From: Lingula anatina
Lineage: Eukaryota > Animalia > Brachiopoda
Reading direction: 5' to 3'
Assembly (NCBI GenBank): GCA_051362555.1
Contig: CM120645.1
Location: forward strand, 5,394,001-5,458,000
DNA length: 64,000 nucleotides
Each line of letters begins with the position of its first letter. Position 1 is the stretch's first letter. The notes beneath the pieces were generated by a model. It made no database searches and was not told the origin of the DNA. It saw nothing but the letters and a program-made list of their open reading frames with translations. Made by a program: the position numbers and the translations under genes. Shown here in pieces: positions 36,122-49,882 of this stretch.

Positions 36122-39100
36122 GCCTCCTTGCGTCCACCCAGTTAATGACTTATTTGATTTAAAGTGCCTCTAAAATGTAGTTTAGTATGTGTAAAACGTA
36201 TTGGTACATGACAAGTTGCATATGAACACATAGAATTGTACTGGTTGTAGTTATCTCATGTGGCTCTTGTACGTTCATGAAGTGTTTCATCCTTCACTGA
36301 ATCAGTAATTTATACGCAAATAAACCCCCTCCTTGGTGTTTGTACATGGTTCTATTTCATCTTTCATGTGCCTCACATTCCTTTAATTCAATTTTTGGCC
36401 TGACAGACGTTATGAGCCTTGCACAAGAGGGTACACAAACATGACTTGCACGTTCTGGAACGCTCCTTCTTGCACGACTGACCTAGAGGTCACAGCTTCG
36501 CATCAATGAACTCCTCAAGCACAGCGTGACCAAAAAGATCATGCCTCAGCAGACGTATGGAATCGTTGACTTATTACTTGGACCCATGTATACATGTATG
36601 TTTAACTAGTCCAAGCCTGTTGAGCAAGGACTTTGAGGGACTTTAACTTGGGATGCATTCTCAAACAGGATATAGAGTCAAAAATTGGTCTTAAATTTAA
36701 GATGGAAATATAGTGTTTATTTTGACCTGAGAAAGGTTTAAATTACTGTATACATTAATGTTAAGCAACTCCTTGCCCAAAACGTTGGCCACTTCTCAAG
36801 GTACCATTAATGTAGTTCTACCAAAACGCAATGTATCCAGAATCAAAATGGAATAAAATTCAGTTTTTAGATAACAACCAACTTTCTACCGAGGTACTTT
36901 GTGTAACCAACCCTAGCACGCGTTTGGTGTTGCTCCTTGATATTGCGTTACAAGTCTAATGAACACATGCTCAAAAGTTACAGAACATTCGAACCTCAGT
37001 TTACATACTGTATATTGAGTCATTCACCATGTCTATGAATATAATTTGGCTGGCATATCTTTGGGTCACCCTGTATTTGGCTTGCATGAATGAAATCACT
37101 GTAGCCCAGTGACGGCAATTTGGCTTTCGATTATGTATGCGGTTTGTGTACCCAAAGGTGTTGCTTTCCCGCAGTGGTCCGTCAACAGGAAAAGAGTGGC
37201 GTAACCGAAACCGTCCACCCTTCCTGACGTAAACCTTGCTAACACGTTACCACAATGTATAGGTTGGAATCGGGAACAAGGCGCGCTTAAAGTGTTGAAA
37301 CTTTTTACCTTCCAATGTATGCAGCGTTTTCATCGCGTTCAAACAATTACACATTAGCTTAGAAAGTGTGTTTAACTGTTTATCTTAGCTTTCTTGGCCT
37401 GAACAGGGTTTTCTTTGTAATGTGACATTAAATGTACGTAGGAGCCAAAGGTTCTGGCATTTTGACATTTCTTCACCCCAGGTCCGGTACATAAATTGAT
37501 ATTTTGTTATAGTTAATTGCCCGTGAAATAAGAGTTTTCAATACTTTTAGAACCTATAGTAAACAACAGACCGACTCAGCGGTGTAAGCTATTTTGAGCA
37601 AACACGCTAAAAATGCAGGCTATTAAAGTGCACTTTTATCATTTTGTAGAGTGCTTTTTCGTGAATGGTTCTTAAGCGCACTTTATTTGTGACACTTGTG
37701 TTAGGCTTTTTTCATGACTGGTGAAATTATCCGTGGGGCTTCATAAAAATATTAGGCTATATCATTCAGTATCAGTATTGAAAAGAAACCGAATATTAAC
37801 TGTAATAAACTAACGGTGCGATGGACTATCAATTAGTTATCTAGTGCTTGAATCTAATTATTCCCAGAACATATTTGTTGAACACACATAATTGCAATTT
37901 GCGTTTTGCGCAAAATTTGCCATCGTGCCGAACACGACAGTTTAGTATTCTTTTTGGAACCAGAGCGTGTCATCATTATATGGCGATGAGATTTCGCTCC
38001 ATTTACTTCTGATGGACAGTTATGATATGTTTCATACATCGAGGTTCAGCCTTCATGACCGGCAGAATCTGCTTCTGGGTCTAAATTTGGTCAAGGTATT
38101 AATGGTCCATCTTTAATGGCAAAGACAAAATCCTGAAGGTGGTTTCTATATGATTTCAATACTCTGCAGCATAAGCAAAGGCCATATACTTATCTTAGCC
38201 CCAAGACATGGATTTGATACTTATTTAAGGCTAGTATATTTCAACAATGCACACAGAATGTGCACCGAACATTTCTTTTAAAAAACGCCGTCAAATCTCA
38301 TAACCTTTAGAATTAAAGTACAAACCCCCACAATATCAACACATGCTATCGAAAGAAAATCGCTGATTTATCTTTCTTACGATTGCAGGGATTTTAATAT
38401 TCCTTTCCTAATCTTCAAAATGTGTTTGTCAAACTTGGTCAATTTCCGTCTACATCTTGCCACCACATGGTATATTATTAATGTTTCTTGATTTGTGCAG
38501 CAGACGGTAATCTTGGCTGAGCCGCCTTATCGGGACGTTGTAGCCAGGGGGGCAGTTTACCTGAAACAACGTGTCTCGCCACATAGACACATTGGTCAAC
38601 AGAGACAACTTGGTCTGATTTTAGCCAATGTGTTAATACTTCAGTTGATATATTTTCTTTGTGATGTTACATTTAACTGAGTAAACTTCGAAACACGGTG
38701 CCCACGTCGCGCGTGCTTTTACCGAATATTGTAGATGGATCTGACGTTCATTCCTGAGCGCGGTTCTGAATCTTGTTGTACAAATGCCAGGGTCGCCAGT
38801 GGTTGCGTTTGTATTCCGGATTATTTGACATCATTTGACATGTTATTGGCTCGTTCGATACGTTTCACGCTGTTTAAGTCACAGCATTAATCCTACACGT
38901 GTCAAATCAGCGCAGGTAAAACAAAGTTTAGTTTTTTTATGTAAGGGTATGTTGTTTAGCGAGAACTAGATAAGCCTTTGTGAAGGGGATTATCTTAAAT
39001 GCAGCTTGAAGAAGGTTAAAAGTATCTCAAGCATTCCAGCATGTTCATCGGTTCTTTGGGTCATAGCTTTAACTTGTAGCATAAGCTCATTCAGAAGCAC

Positions 39101-41604
39101 TCGCGAATGCACAATGATGCACGCACACATAAACACACTAAGATACGAACACGCACACACACACACACACACATTTGCACAAGCACACATATCTGCAGAC
39201 AAACTCACACAGGCCCGCGCACACACATACGCACACAAACACTTTCAAATGTCACTGTAGGCCTATTGACGTGGGTTTAGGATATGTTCGATAAGCATTA
39301 GAACATTATGGCTGACACTTATTATATTCGCAAATCCCGCAGAATATTGCTTCAATCCATCACTGAAAAAAGAACACAACGGGGTTTCAATTGCTTGATC
39401 ATTAGAGGGCGAATTTGTGTAGTTAAGGTTCCACATATCTTAACATTTGCATTGGAACTCACACTTAGCTCAAGCAAATAAAAACAGTATATTGGGTGCC
39501 TAAACTATTTAAAACCAGGGTTTTGTATTTTCTTCAAGATCCTAAGCAAATATTGATAAGTTGCTGGTTGAGATGTCACAGAGTCAAGGTTTACATTCCA
39601 AACGTTTTTTGATGGTTCCCGTGCTATGTGATGGCATTTTAGAATGACACAGGAATAATTCACTGGCGTTTTCTACCATTTCATCTACACCTTTTTGGGC
39701 CTTTCTCAAATTGTATAAATAATACGCCCAGAACCCAGTTCCTTGATTGCAGTACCTTGCCTGAAACCCACCTTAAAGCCCGCTGACAAATTTAGCCAGA
39801 TCGGAAACAAACAACCAAACAACTGCTGCCAGAAGTTTGGCTTCAAACGATTTCAGTTGAATCTGGTAAGAACCAGTCTTGAGATAGCAGGTAAATATTT
39901 ACCCTGGTCACAGACGGGTGATTCAAGATGGTCCCAAAGCCCCCCTCGGGCACCCACACCTGGGTCTCTGTTTGCTGACGCGGGTCTGTCACGCTGCAAA
40001 ACCAGTTAAGCGAAACTGAACACACAGATCCTCTGAACAACTCGATCTCATCCCATTGTTGGGAACGAAAGCCTGATACCGCAACCTCTGAACGGCTAGT
40101 TTGGCCCAGTGCAGAGTTCATCGTGAGGACACCTACGCCTGCCACCATATATACAGACTCTTAATACCCTGTGTACCCAGACCAAGTGTACACACCTGGC
40201 CTTTTTTTTTCAACAGCTTAAATAGGCAAGACACGGGGTTAAGCGAATAGCCCTGGGGCTCGGCCATATCATGTAGAGCACCGTAGCGATCTTTGCTTTA
40301 TGCTGGGACAAAATCCAATATGCCGTGGGTTGGTGTGTGTGAATGAGCCAGATGGATGTCCAGGGTGAAAAACTGGAGCTAATGGCCAAGAGTGACGTTT
40401 TTTCATGTCAGACTGGCAATTCGGTCGACCTTTAAGATCAAATAAAACCAATCACATTTTCAAATAATCGGTAAATCCAGTTGGGTTGAAGTAGTTATCA
40501 GTTAATAGGTAAATTTACATGAATTTTCCGGTTTAAGGCTACACCCTTCTAACAAATTAAACTGATTATCTAATTGTGTAATGTACTTTTTCTCTTCGTG
40601 ACAAACACAAATTCAGGGAACTCATTCCACAGTTGAGCTCTGTTTTCTGTTTTCTGGTGTGTACAATACAGCAAATTACTTTTCTCAAATGGAAACGTGC
40701 AGGCGTATATTAGCGCAATGAAATTTTGCTTCATTTCTTCCTGACAGGTATAAAAACGTTTAATTTTCGTCGGCTAAAAAAAACGGTAAGATTTAATGAC
40801 AAATTAACTTTGGTTCAAAGCCATTTTAGGAAGGCTAAAGGATAATGGCAAAGAAGTTGTGTTAATATTTACAAAGGTGTTTCAATTGCGGCGCGATGGA
40901 TATGAAATAATAGTCGATTTTTGGCTCTTATTAACAGCCTTGTTTTATTGGCCATTGTTTGGTTTCATAGCAAACAGACATCTCATCTGAGAGCCATCTA
41001 CAAAACGAGCATCGATTACGACAACACACTACTTCATTTCTGTTCAATTGTACAAACATTTATTTCTGTCCCAAACTTTCTTCTTTTTAACAATCTGGTT
41101 CAATCACGCTAAAGACACATCTGGCCTCTAGATAATTACTCCGAAATGTTAAAGGACTTCATGAAATATTGAGGCCATAAGTCCCATTGTCCCGGGGCAC
41201 ACCGCCTTTAAGTGGGGACAACAATTTAAACTTCGATCTGTTTTAATGTAACTAGTTGTGGTGTTAAACAAAATACAATGAAATCGCTTAAACAAATGCC
41301 CTCTGGTTTCTCTGTGACCTTGCAATTTGGCTCTCATCCAACATCGTGACTAATTAATCAGTCGTTTAAACAAGGCTTCTTCAAAATATCGTAGATCAAC
41401 GTGCCGCCACAGAGATGCACCCACAAAGACAACGTTAAACCCACCTCATACTAGTTCACTTGACGTCATTACAGTCAAACCATTGCCAGCCCAGCGGTGG
41501 TCAGTCTGATGTATTAGAGTGCAGTTATAACCCTGAGATATACACATTTCGTAACTACCCTGATTATTTTTACTGCAAATGCATTGTCATATATATGTTA
41601 CAAG

Positions 41605-44109
41605 TTAACAATATACACTTCTGCTCATAATGTTGACTCTATCAGGCACCCTGAAAGCCAAAAAGTTCGAATTCAGGTTTGAGGAACGGATGGTCCCCAA
41701 ACCGACTGACTTGACATAGCGTTCGTTATTTAGTGGAGGGGAGTCTCTCAGTTTGCGCTCCTGCGCTAGTGACTCGGAAAAGAACAGCCTCATATCTTTA
41801 TCTTTTAACAAGTTGTACAGATTGTCTCGAGACTTAGGGCTGAGATTGACGCCATTTTCGCGCTTTTCGTTGTTGTTGTACTCGCGGTGCGATGGTGCAC
41901 AGCGATTGTTGGGTGTCGTCTGCTCAACTTTTGCTTGCTCCTTTGGGTTTTCTTTTGGAACGACGGTGGAAACGCTGGTATTATGGCATTGCGGGATGCC
42001 TGGATTGCGTGTACTCGTACCCGCACCTTTCTGAGAGTTCGGAATTGACGCATGTGCATTAGACACATTGTTTGTGGTTTGCTCTTTGGCTCCATTCTTG
42101 AAAAGCCGCCCCATAACGCGACTTGTTCTGAAACTTTGTTTCAGTTTTCTCAGAGAAAGTCTGCTTCTGCTTTTTTCGTCGTTGCTAAACCTGATAAAGT
42201 TGCCGTCCTTGCATGGCATGGCTGCGTTATGATCTATTAATGAAAGTTCTGACACAGCTCGTTTTAAAATTCCATTTCGACTAGGAAGCTTTGGAGGAGT
42301 AGGTTTCACAGTCATGTGGCCACCGTCGTAACTGATGACATCATCATCACGGATAGTCTCGTAAATGGGTTCTTCCGCGAGATATTCGCCCAGATCATAT
42401 TCCTGATGAAACCCTGAATCTGAACTGAAGGTGCTTTGGCCACCTTCATTTGAGTTCAAAGAGCAGTCAGTTTTCTGGCCATAGGGAGTTTTGCTCCTCT
42501 CGATCCCTAACCCGTCATCCGTAATGATCATACCACTAGACGACTTTCTATGAAGATTTTCGTAGCTGCTGAGATTCATCATGCTTCCGTAATACGTAAG
42601 CGTCGATTTTGTAGAATCTACAGACTGCAAAGACACCATGGATGCCTCGTTAGTATTATGTTGAATGTCCCGTAAAGAACACCCCCATGGGGTATCCTCA
42701 CCTCTCGCGTGCTGGGACGCATTTAGGTGGGTTTCCGAAGCAAAGCGGCGCAGTCCTTGCCTTGCAGGAAGCGGTCGGTGGGCTGTGCTAAGTCCATTTG
42801 CCCTTTGGGCATGAGACGGTGAAACGCCGGTGCGATCCTTACTTGACACGGGCTCAAGGTATTCCCCATTATCGCGGCGCCCGTCGACAAGGAGTTCGTG
42901 TCGCGACGAGGGTAGGGAAGCGTGCATCGTCGCGTGCTTCTTTGTCTGTGACACATTAACGTCATTTTGTACCCTCGTACGGAATATTTGCTTGTCACAC
43001 GGTTGCTTTGTCACTCCATTGTTAACTGATGATAACGGCGCTCTGGTGACAAGACTGATGTACGGTCTCCTTTCTAATTCCTTCTCCTTGCGTGTTCTCA
43101 TTGCGCTGTCATCAACAAACGCGTGTTCGTCGGTGGGGACTCCCGCTGTTTGACGCTGCCTCTGTCGTGCTGAGTTAGTCATGCTTTTGCAGGCGTCAAC
43201 GCAGTCCACATTCTGTTTTGAACTCATTTCGTGTCTTGGCGTCTTTGATTGTGGGGTTTTCGCGTTCTCCCTTGCGTGCGAGGTATGTTCTGGTCGCAGA
43301 TCTCGGATAATTTGGTGCATAGAATGCGTGACAGTCGACAGCTTGTAATTGTGTTCTTGCACTTGGTTCAACACCGAACTTTTGTCCATCAAACGTGCAC
43401 CAAATGGCACCATCTGTGGTTTGGATGATGTCACCCGTTTCTGATGATGACGTCGATGTCTCTTTTCATATTTATGTCGTCTACGCTGCTCTGTTTTATC
43501 GAACGCCGTGAGATAACTGTCCTCGTTCTCGAGATCGTAGAATTCAGGCTCCCCAACGCCCCCAGTGACGTCATCCGTGTTGTCACCTGAGGGCACGTTC
43601 GGCGGAGACATATTTTTGTCGCTGTCATAACCGCTAGATGTCGTCACTGGTGACGACTGCAGCACGTGTTTTAGTTCTCTCTTACGATTAACATGCCCAC
43701 TTCCTGTGTCTCCGTTTCGCTTAAATTTACGAACATTGTTATCTATGGTATTCTCACTATTGTCCACACAATGTTTGTTTAATTCTCGCGATTTAGCGGG
43801 CTTCTGCCGACATCTTTCTGGAGACTTGATCCCTCTAGCAGTTTCTTTTCTTCCAGACCGGTGTATTTGGTCAGATGTTGAACGTTTATCATTGCAGACG
43901 CGTTGATCAGTGTGCGTTTCAAGTGGAAGCGCTTTTTCTTTGCAACGTTTTTGTTTGGCCTGTTCCTGAAGCCACAGGTCCATCTGCGCCCGGTAGTCCA
44001 TCAGGTCTTGGGATTTCTCAGGGTGCTGAATGTGCATGAAGTCCTCAAACGTCACGTACAGGAGCCACACCTGATTGGTCAAATCGTCACCTTGGTTACG
44101 GAGTTCACA
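41605..44109 (-). CDS. Large coding exon of an uncharacterised, intrinsically disordered protein (835 codons from the acceptor at 44109, or 810 aa from ATG 44037); possible FAM89/LURAP-like N-terminal helix
   Basis: 2.5-kb stop-free frame with higher GC than its flanks; acceptor TTTTCTCATTTCAG|TGT in phase 0; S/K/R/D/E-rich; minus-strand AATAAA at 41059-41064. Confidence 0.85.
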   Translation of the reverse strand, partial: CELRNQGDDLTNQVWLLYVTFEDFMHIQHPEKSQDLMDYRAQMDLWLQEQAKQKRCKEKALPLETHTDQRVCNDKRSTSDQIHRSGRKETARGIKSPERCRQKPAKSRELNKHCVDNSENTIDNNVRKFKRNGDTGSGHVNRKRELKHVLQSSPVTTSSGYDSDKNMSPPNVPSGDNTDDVTGGVGEPEFYDLENEDSYLTAFDKTEQRRRHKYEKRHRRHHQKRVTSSKPQMVPFGARLMDKSSVLNQVQEHNYKLSTVTHSMHQIIRDLRPEHTSHARENAKTPQSKTPRHEMSSKQNVDCVDACKSMTNSARQRQRQTAGVPTDEHAFVDDSAMRTRKEKELERRPYISLVTRAPLSSVNNGVTKQPCDKQIFRTRVQNDVNVSQTKKHATMHASLPSSRHELLVDGRRDNGEYLEPVSSKDRTGVSPSHAQRANGLSTAHRPLPARQGLRRFASETHLNASQHARGEDTPWGCSLRDIQHNTNEASMVSLQSVDSTKSTLTYYGSMMNLSSYENLHRKSSSGMIITDDGLGIERSKTPYGQKTDCSLNSNEGGQSTFSSDSGFHQEYDLGEYLAEEPIYETIRDDDVISYDGGHMTVKPTPPKLPSRNGILKRAVSELSLIDHNAAMPCKDGNFIRFSNDEKSRSRLSLRKLKQSFRTSRVMGRLFKNGAKEQTTNNVSNAHASIPNSQKGAGTSTRNPGIPQCHNTSVSTVVPKENPKEQAKVEQTTPNNRCAPSHREYNNNEKRENGVNLSPKSRDNLYNLLKDKDMRLFFSESLAQERKLRDSPPLNNERYVKSVGLGTIRSSNLNSNFLAFRVPDRVNIMSRSVYC

Positions 44110-44610
44110 CTGAAATGAGAAAACAAATCGCTGACGTTACATTACGTCGGATTACGTGGGGGCGGTGGCTGAGTGGAGCGACTGGTGTTTACGCAGGGCT
44201 GTACTGTGTAGCAATACAAACAGGAAGTCAGGCCAGAACACTAGCATGACTGAATAGCTCTTCACTATGGTTTACTTATGTAATGTCATTACGGGCTACT
44301 TTACCGCAGACTTTAGTCAACATTACGTATACAATAGTCAACATGGTAGCATATTGTACCTAATGTAACTCACAACAGCGCGAGGAAATGAGATGTGCCT
44401 TAACACACATTTACGTTTGAAGAAGAAAATAAGATTCAAACAAAAACGGGGGACTGAATCGTTGGATACCATGTCGATTGGCATATATCATGATTTTCCC
44501 GTTTTCATTTGATTGCCTGCGATATAAGTTTTTTATGAGAGTTGGTCATTTCATCCCGCTTTTTTTACATCTTCACTTTTCAGTAATGAGCAAATGTAAG
44601 GCGAGTCTTA

Positions 44611-44825
44611 GACTCTATTCCCATAGATTTTAGATCGATCTATCCTCGCGGGGAGTCTCACTAGATTACTTTCAGATAATCCGACTTAAATGTCCGTCCC
44701 GCCTACTACAAGCTGTAAGGGGATAATTAACTTTCGTGTCCGCCCGGCTGACAGCTATTTAGCGTGAACCCCCAGGGAGTTAGGTCGATCTAAAGTAGGT
44801 CGATCTAATCTATGGAAATGGGGTG
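44611..44825. mobile_element. Tourist/Harbinger-like MITE
   Basis: TTA|GACTCTATTCCCATAGATT...AATCTATGGAAATGGGGTG|TTA: imperfect TIR with TTA TSD. Confidence 0.65.
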
Positions 44826-47800
44826 TTACTTTGAAAGAACTTTCAACACAGATTTATACCATTGCCATTACGTATTAATTTCAGTTTCATGAGAACGTGT
44901 GACAAAATACGGTGACACATTTAATGGACGTATTTGTTGAACACCGAGTGACCAGAGGCAAGGAAACAAAAACAACACCAAAGTTATGTTTGCCTATATC
45001 GCATACATCATAACACTGCCGGCTACGGCCTAACAACCTCATGTCATGATACACCATTGAGGAGTATCGGTATCCGCAGGTCTAAGTCATCAGTTATGGA
45101 AATGATTTTTGCTGAATCATTTCAATTTTTATAAATGAATGACAAAGGTTGTCAGCAGAATTTGCTACGTTGCAATATTTTTCCTAATCCCAACCTGCAC
45201 TTTGTATCATTTATTTCGTTGTATCTACAGAACATCTAAGAGAAAAAATGTTTATATTAAACGTCATCTAAACCATTTTTTTCAATAATGTGCACTGACA
45301 TTCTTTGGTCAGCAGCTTCAAAATTGCGTTATAAGATACGACTTTCTGGTGACTTTTTGGGGTTTCAAATAAGGTAGTTAATGCCTTACTGTCATTGTAC
45401 ACAAACTCCAGAGAAACCAATAACAAGAAACAAATACTCTTTGAGGCATGTGGTAAACAAGGGTCAATGACCACCTGGGCCAAACCAACAAACTGGAAAC
45501 TAATTAATTACGTCTTCATTAACCTTTGCTCGTTATGATTTGACGACAGTCACAGAGGAACAACATACACATACTACATACCCAATGGCAGACTATCCGA
45601 TCGACTATTTCATATATCTGAATATCCAACCACAGAAAAACAAATTAGTAAACGCCTTTGCCAGTCAGACAAATGTTTCAGAGTCCTATAAACTTTGATG
45701 GCCAGCGTCCGTGAATCCCTGACCCTCGTGTAGCAGGTGCCTGACCAATGACCAGTACCAACCCCACCTGTTCTACATGCTTACGACCCTTAACTGATTA
45801 TCCATTCGAACTCAATGAGCCACATAAGTTCCAGTGTGTTCCATTGAACCGAATGTTTGCACTCGACAATAACACAGATCAACGCAATTGGACAATACCA
45901 ATAAATATGTATACCATGTACGCCACTCTGTGAGGGTGTGTGCCGGGTTACCATAAGCTTAATGATCAAACCGCGGGGTTGTTGATCCCCTTGGGCAATT
46001 TACCGTGATATTTGATATAAGATTCATCGCCGGTTAAGGGTTATGTAAGCACGTGTTTACCCCGCCTAATATCCATCCTCTCGTACCACGATGTGACGGA
46101 TCAGAATCGTCGCTGTGATAACATTGATTTTACTTAAGAGGGAATGAGGGGAAAAGAGGGTTGAAAACAACGGCTCGGTTTTATCTCGAGGGCCCGTCAA
46201 TGGGCCGTTAAGATGTGTGTGTGTCTACATAGGCTCCCAATTGCTTCTGTGTTGGGCCCCATTCTTCGGTTTCACACTGGATATATAATGGACGAGAGGT
46301 GTGCTTGGCACCTTGATAGAATTGACAGCTTGTCATTGATCGGTCTGAACAGCTTTTTGAACCCTTTTCGATTGTCATGTCCTTTCCGTTGTTACTTATG
46401 CCGTTCATGTGATGTATTGTGCGAATTGTGGTGGTTTTCCTTTACACTACGCCCTGTCACGCCACCTTTGACATTTCCAAAATGGAGGTCACGCCCGTAG
46501 GTTAAGTGAACACAGAAAAAAAAACGAGATTCATTGTCGGTCGCTTTTGGGAGATGACAGGTACACAAACAAGCAGCGACCATTGTGTTCAGCATCCTTA
46601 GAGGTAATTAAGTTGTAAAATCTGACACTTCAAGGACCAAGTGGTCTTTTCTCTGCAACCTCCATTTGCCCACGCCTTAAGGAAATGGCCATCTTGTACT
46701 CGTCGCCGCAGACGACATTCATTCAAAAAGAGCGATTATCATTCCATCATTATGGTTAGCCATTATAATTGGAACTTATTGGTTCTGTCTCTTTTGAGGG
46801 TTTGGGCTAAAGAAAACGCTTTCCTCTTTGGCACAGTTCTTATCCATTTATCTGAATTGTTTTGTGAAAAGTTTTAGTTGTGGAAAAAAACTAAATGATT
46901 AAATCAAACGTATACAACTGTCTGCCGTGATATATGAGCTTCGGTCGTGGGAGGCGTCTCTTTATAAGCTGTTCTAAATATGTCTTGTTGCATTTATGTA
47001 CATTCTTTTCCCTTCCATAAAAAGGTCGGATACTATAACGTATTTGGGGGGAATTTCGTGCCACTTGTTTTCATGCATTTAAAGTGCAGATATAGTGTTA
47101 CCTGATTAGGAAAATTCACATAACCTGTTTCTATGTATAAAAGAGCGGATACAGTAACGCATTTCGGGGACACGTTCTCGTTTGCATTGTTACATGCTGA
47201 GATGAAATGACAGTTAATCGCACTAAACGCCGAGTTCATCTCGTGGGAGACAACTTTTTAACCCAGGCAAAACCCAGACGACAATGACAAGGTAGCAAGT
47301 GCGTTCGGTACTCACCTAAAATAACTTGTAAATGCAAGGTGACTTAGGTCCCCTTTTCTTTCCACTCATATCTCTTAATTATCTCTTCTGCCACTGATGA
47401 AAATTCAATCAAACAAGTCTTTTTTCCATCCTTGGCTAAGCAAGAATAATCTAATGAAAGAAGCCAATCTTTTTTGAGGTTTTTAAGTGCATGAATCCCT
47501 CCATTTACGTTCCCACCAGATAAGCCTAGAATCTCATCCTCCATTGCCCTCGTATCTTACTTACTGTTTGAACATGTAATAATGTTGTCGAAGTCAAATA
47601 AAAGATTGGATTTTAAACGTATCGAAATCATAATTTACCAGCTTTGTGTTGTAAGGTGAGATAAGACAGTCGAAAGGCCCGTCCTTTAAGTCCTTATACC
47701 ATATATTCCCAAGGTACCACCTATCGTAATCTGAATATCATAATTTCGGTGCTTACGTTGCTCAACTATCGGATAAAGAACCTAAACAAAAGGATGAAGG

Positions 47801-49807
47801 TATCTTACTGTTGACACTCCAGTGCTAATTTTCCTGAGTGATAAGATGATATTGAAGATTTGTTTCTATTTTGCACCCCCGAAGTGTTAAAGTCGACATC
47901 ACACTTCCGCGCCATATCTTCAAATTGAGATAAGAGAGGTGCTGACATCTCTACCATATCACAGGTAATATCCTATATACACAAACCACGATAAATCGTT
48001 CGCTATCGATCTTTAGTTGTTATCCATAATCGTGTTCTTTGCGTCCTTTTTTAAAAAAGGATAGCTTTGACCTCTTCGTCGCGAAGAACTAAGGTTCGAA
48101 AGATCGTCAAATATTTGTATACCGCGTCAGAAATCTGTCAAGGTATCTGTTCGGCACTAAGAATAGCATATTCATGCTTTTTTCTTAACTTATTTTCTTT
48201 ACATCATTTTCTTTTAAAAAACAACAGCTAAATATCATTATAGAAATCTATTTTATGTGGGGTGACCCCCCTCCCATTTCCAGTGCCTATACTATTCGCC
48301 CTAACACACCTTAACTTTCTGAACCCAGACAAAAATCAAACACGGTCGGTGTTTTAACACAGGAAGTGATATAACCCATTAAACATACCTTGAACCGGTG
48401 ATAACATGTAGTCAAACACGATAATCCAACAAAAGCGATGCCCATGAGACCCGCTCTGAAGAGAGCTGCAGGAGAGAGGTTCTATATGTTTAGTGCTTAT
48501 CTAAGTAGGGGGCAAGAGGCTAATATGATTTACGCAAAGAGTCCATGTTTTCAAAACAAGATTACCTGTTTGTTCAATTCTACCGGCACTCTTGACAAAA
48601 TGCACAGGGCTTTGGGGATTGTGGGGAGGTTATGAAAGAAGGACTACGTATCATAACAAGTTCTGCCGTGTTTTTGAAGGTTCCAAAATGGAATTTTGAT
48701 AGAATTTGTTTAACGTGATTCGTTTAGTGTTTGAATGTGGCCTGGGAATTTCGCCGAATGAACAACAACTAATGGCTTCTTGATGACTTTTGGTCACCTT
48801 GCCCCCAAAGATAACATTTCATAATGAACGCGGAAATTATTTTGTCATAATAATTTCCTGTGCACTTGTAAGTAAACTTATCCCGAGAACTCTTGCAGTT
48901 TTTGCAGTCGATGAATATACCGAACAAATATTACAGTCTGAAAGTTTTATGTAGATGATTGAAATACAAATGAAGAAATAGCAAATTATCATCACGGTCC
49001 AACGATTGCACCAGATTATTTACAATGCAATGTCGACTAAATACATTTTCGTTAAAATGTAGATCCGGATATTTCTGTCCTGGAGCTGAGTACATAAATT
49101 ATATTTCATATCTGAATTAACTACGCTTCGATAGGTCCCTGATTCTGCCATTACAATCTTTTCATAAAACAGCGCTTGTCCTGATTTCATTTCTACAGTA
49201 AGTAAATTCATTCAACAGTCTTTCAGAACTTTCCTGCACGCTAAAAAGAAAGGAAAAAAACGAATGTGTCCATTGTTAGGCTATTAAGTTCGGTTCATGT
49301 ATCCCTTGTGCTGATTAGTGCGCCCTTTTCACGTGGCTTTTGCCATCGTTGACGAACTGGCCTTATTTCCTACGTCTTTTCATTGAGAAATCTCAGCGCA
49401 AACACCAAGTCTACTCGAGCGAGGTAAATAAGTCTTAAATAACCACGCGCCGAAAGATTTGCTTCTTTTCTGGTGATTACTTCCCTTACGGTTGAATGAG
49501 ATATTTTTCTTTTAGGCAATTTGTGGCTCCGTTTTCATGTGTGTGTGTACAGCAAGTGTTTCTTTTTGTACACATTTCAGGGAAGGCGGCCATAAATGTT
49601 ATTAGAGAATCACAATGTTCAATCCTTTATGTATTTAAGAGTGCAGCCGTGGAGAGAGTGAGAAAGAAAGGTGGGAGAAATGTGGAATTTGATGTATTAT
49701 TCACGTTTGTTCAATCTAGAAACACCAAAAAACGAAAGGAAGGTTGGCCGAACAAAGGCCAGGAGAGTCCACAAGATGAATCGAGACACATAATTATGGT
49801 ATTAACA

Positions 49808-49882
49808 AGTAGTAGTAGTTGTAGTAGAAGTTGTAGTAGTAGTTGTTGTAGTAGTAGTTGTAGTAGTAGAAGTAGTAGTAGT
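49808..49882. repeat. Imperfect (AGT)n trinucleotide repeat
   Basis: Direct reading. Confidence 0.9.

Noticed and set aside
41753-44118. Several short ORFs overlapping the large ORF
   Set aside because: Shadow frames of GC-richer coding DNA.
47344-47544. 66-aa ORF with nearby donor (47315) as first exon of the large ORF
   Set aside because: The ORF stops before the donor, and the phase-0 frame ends in TAG.
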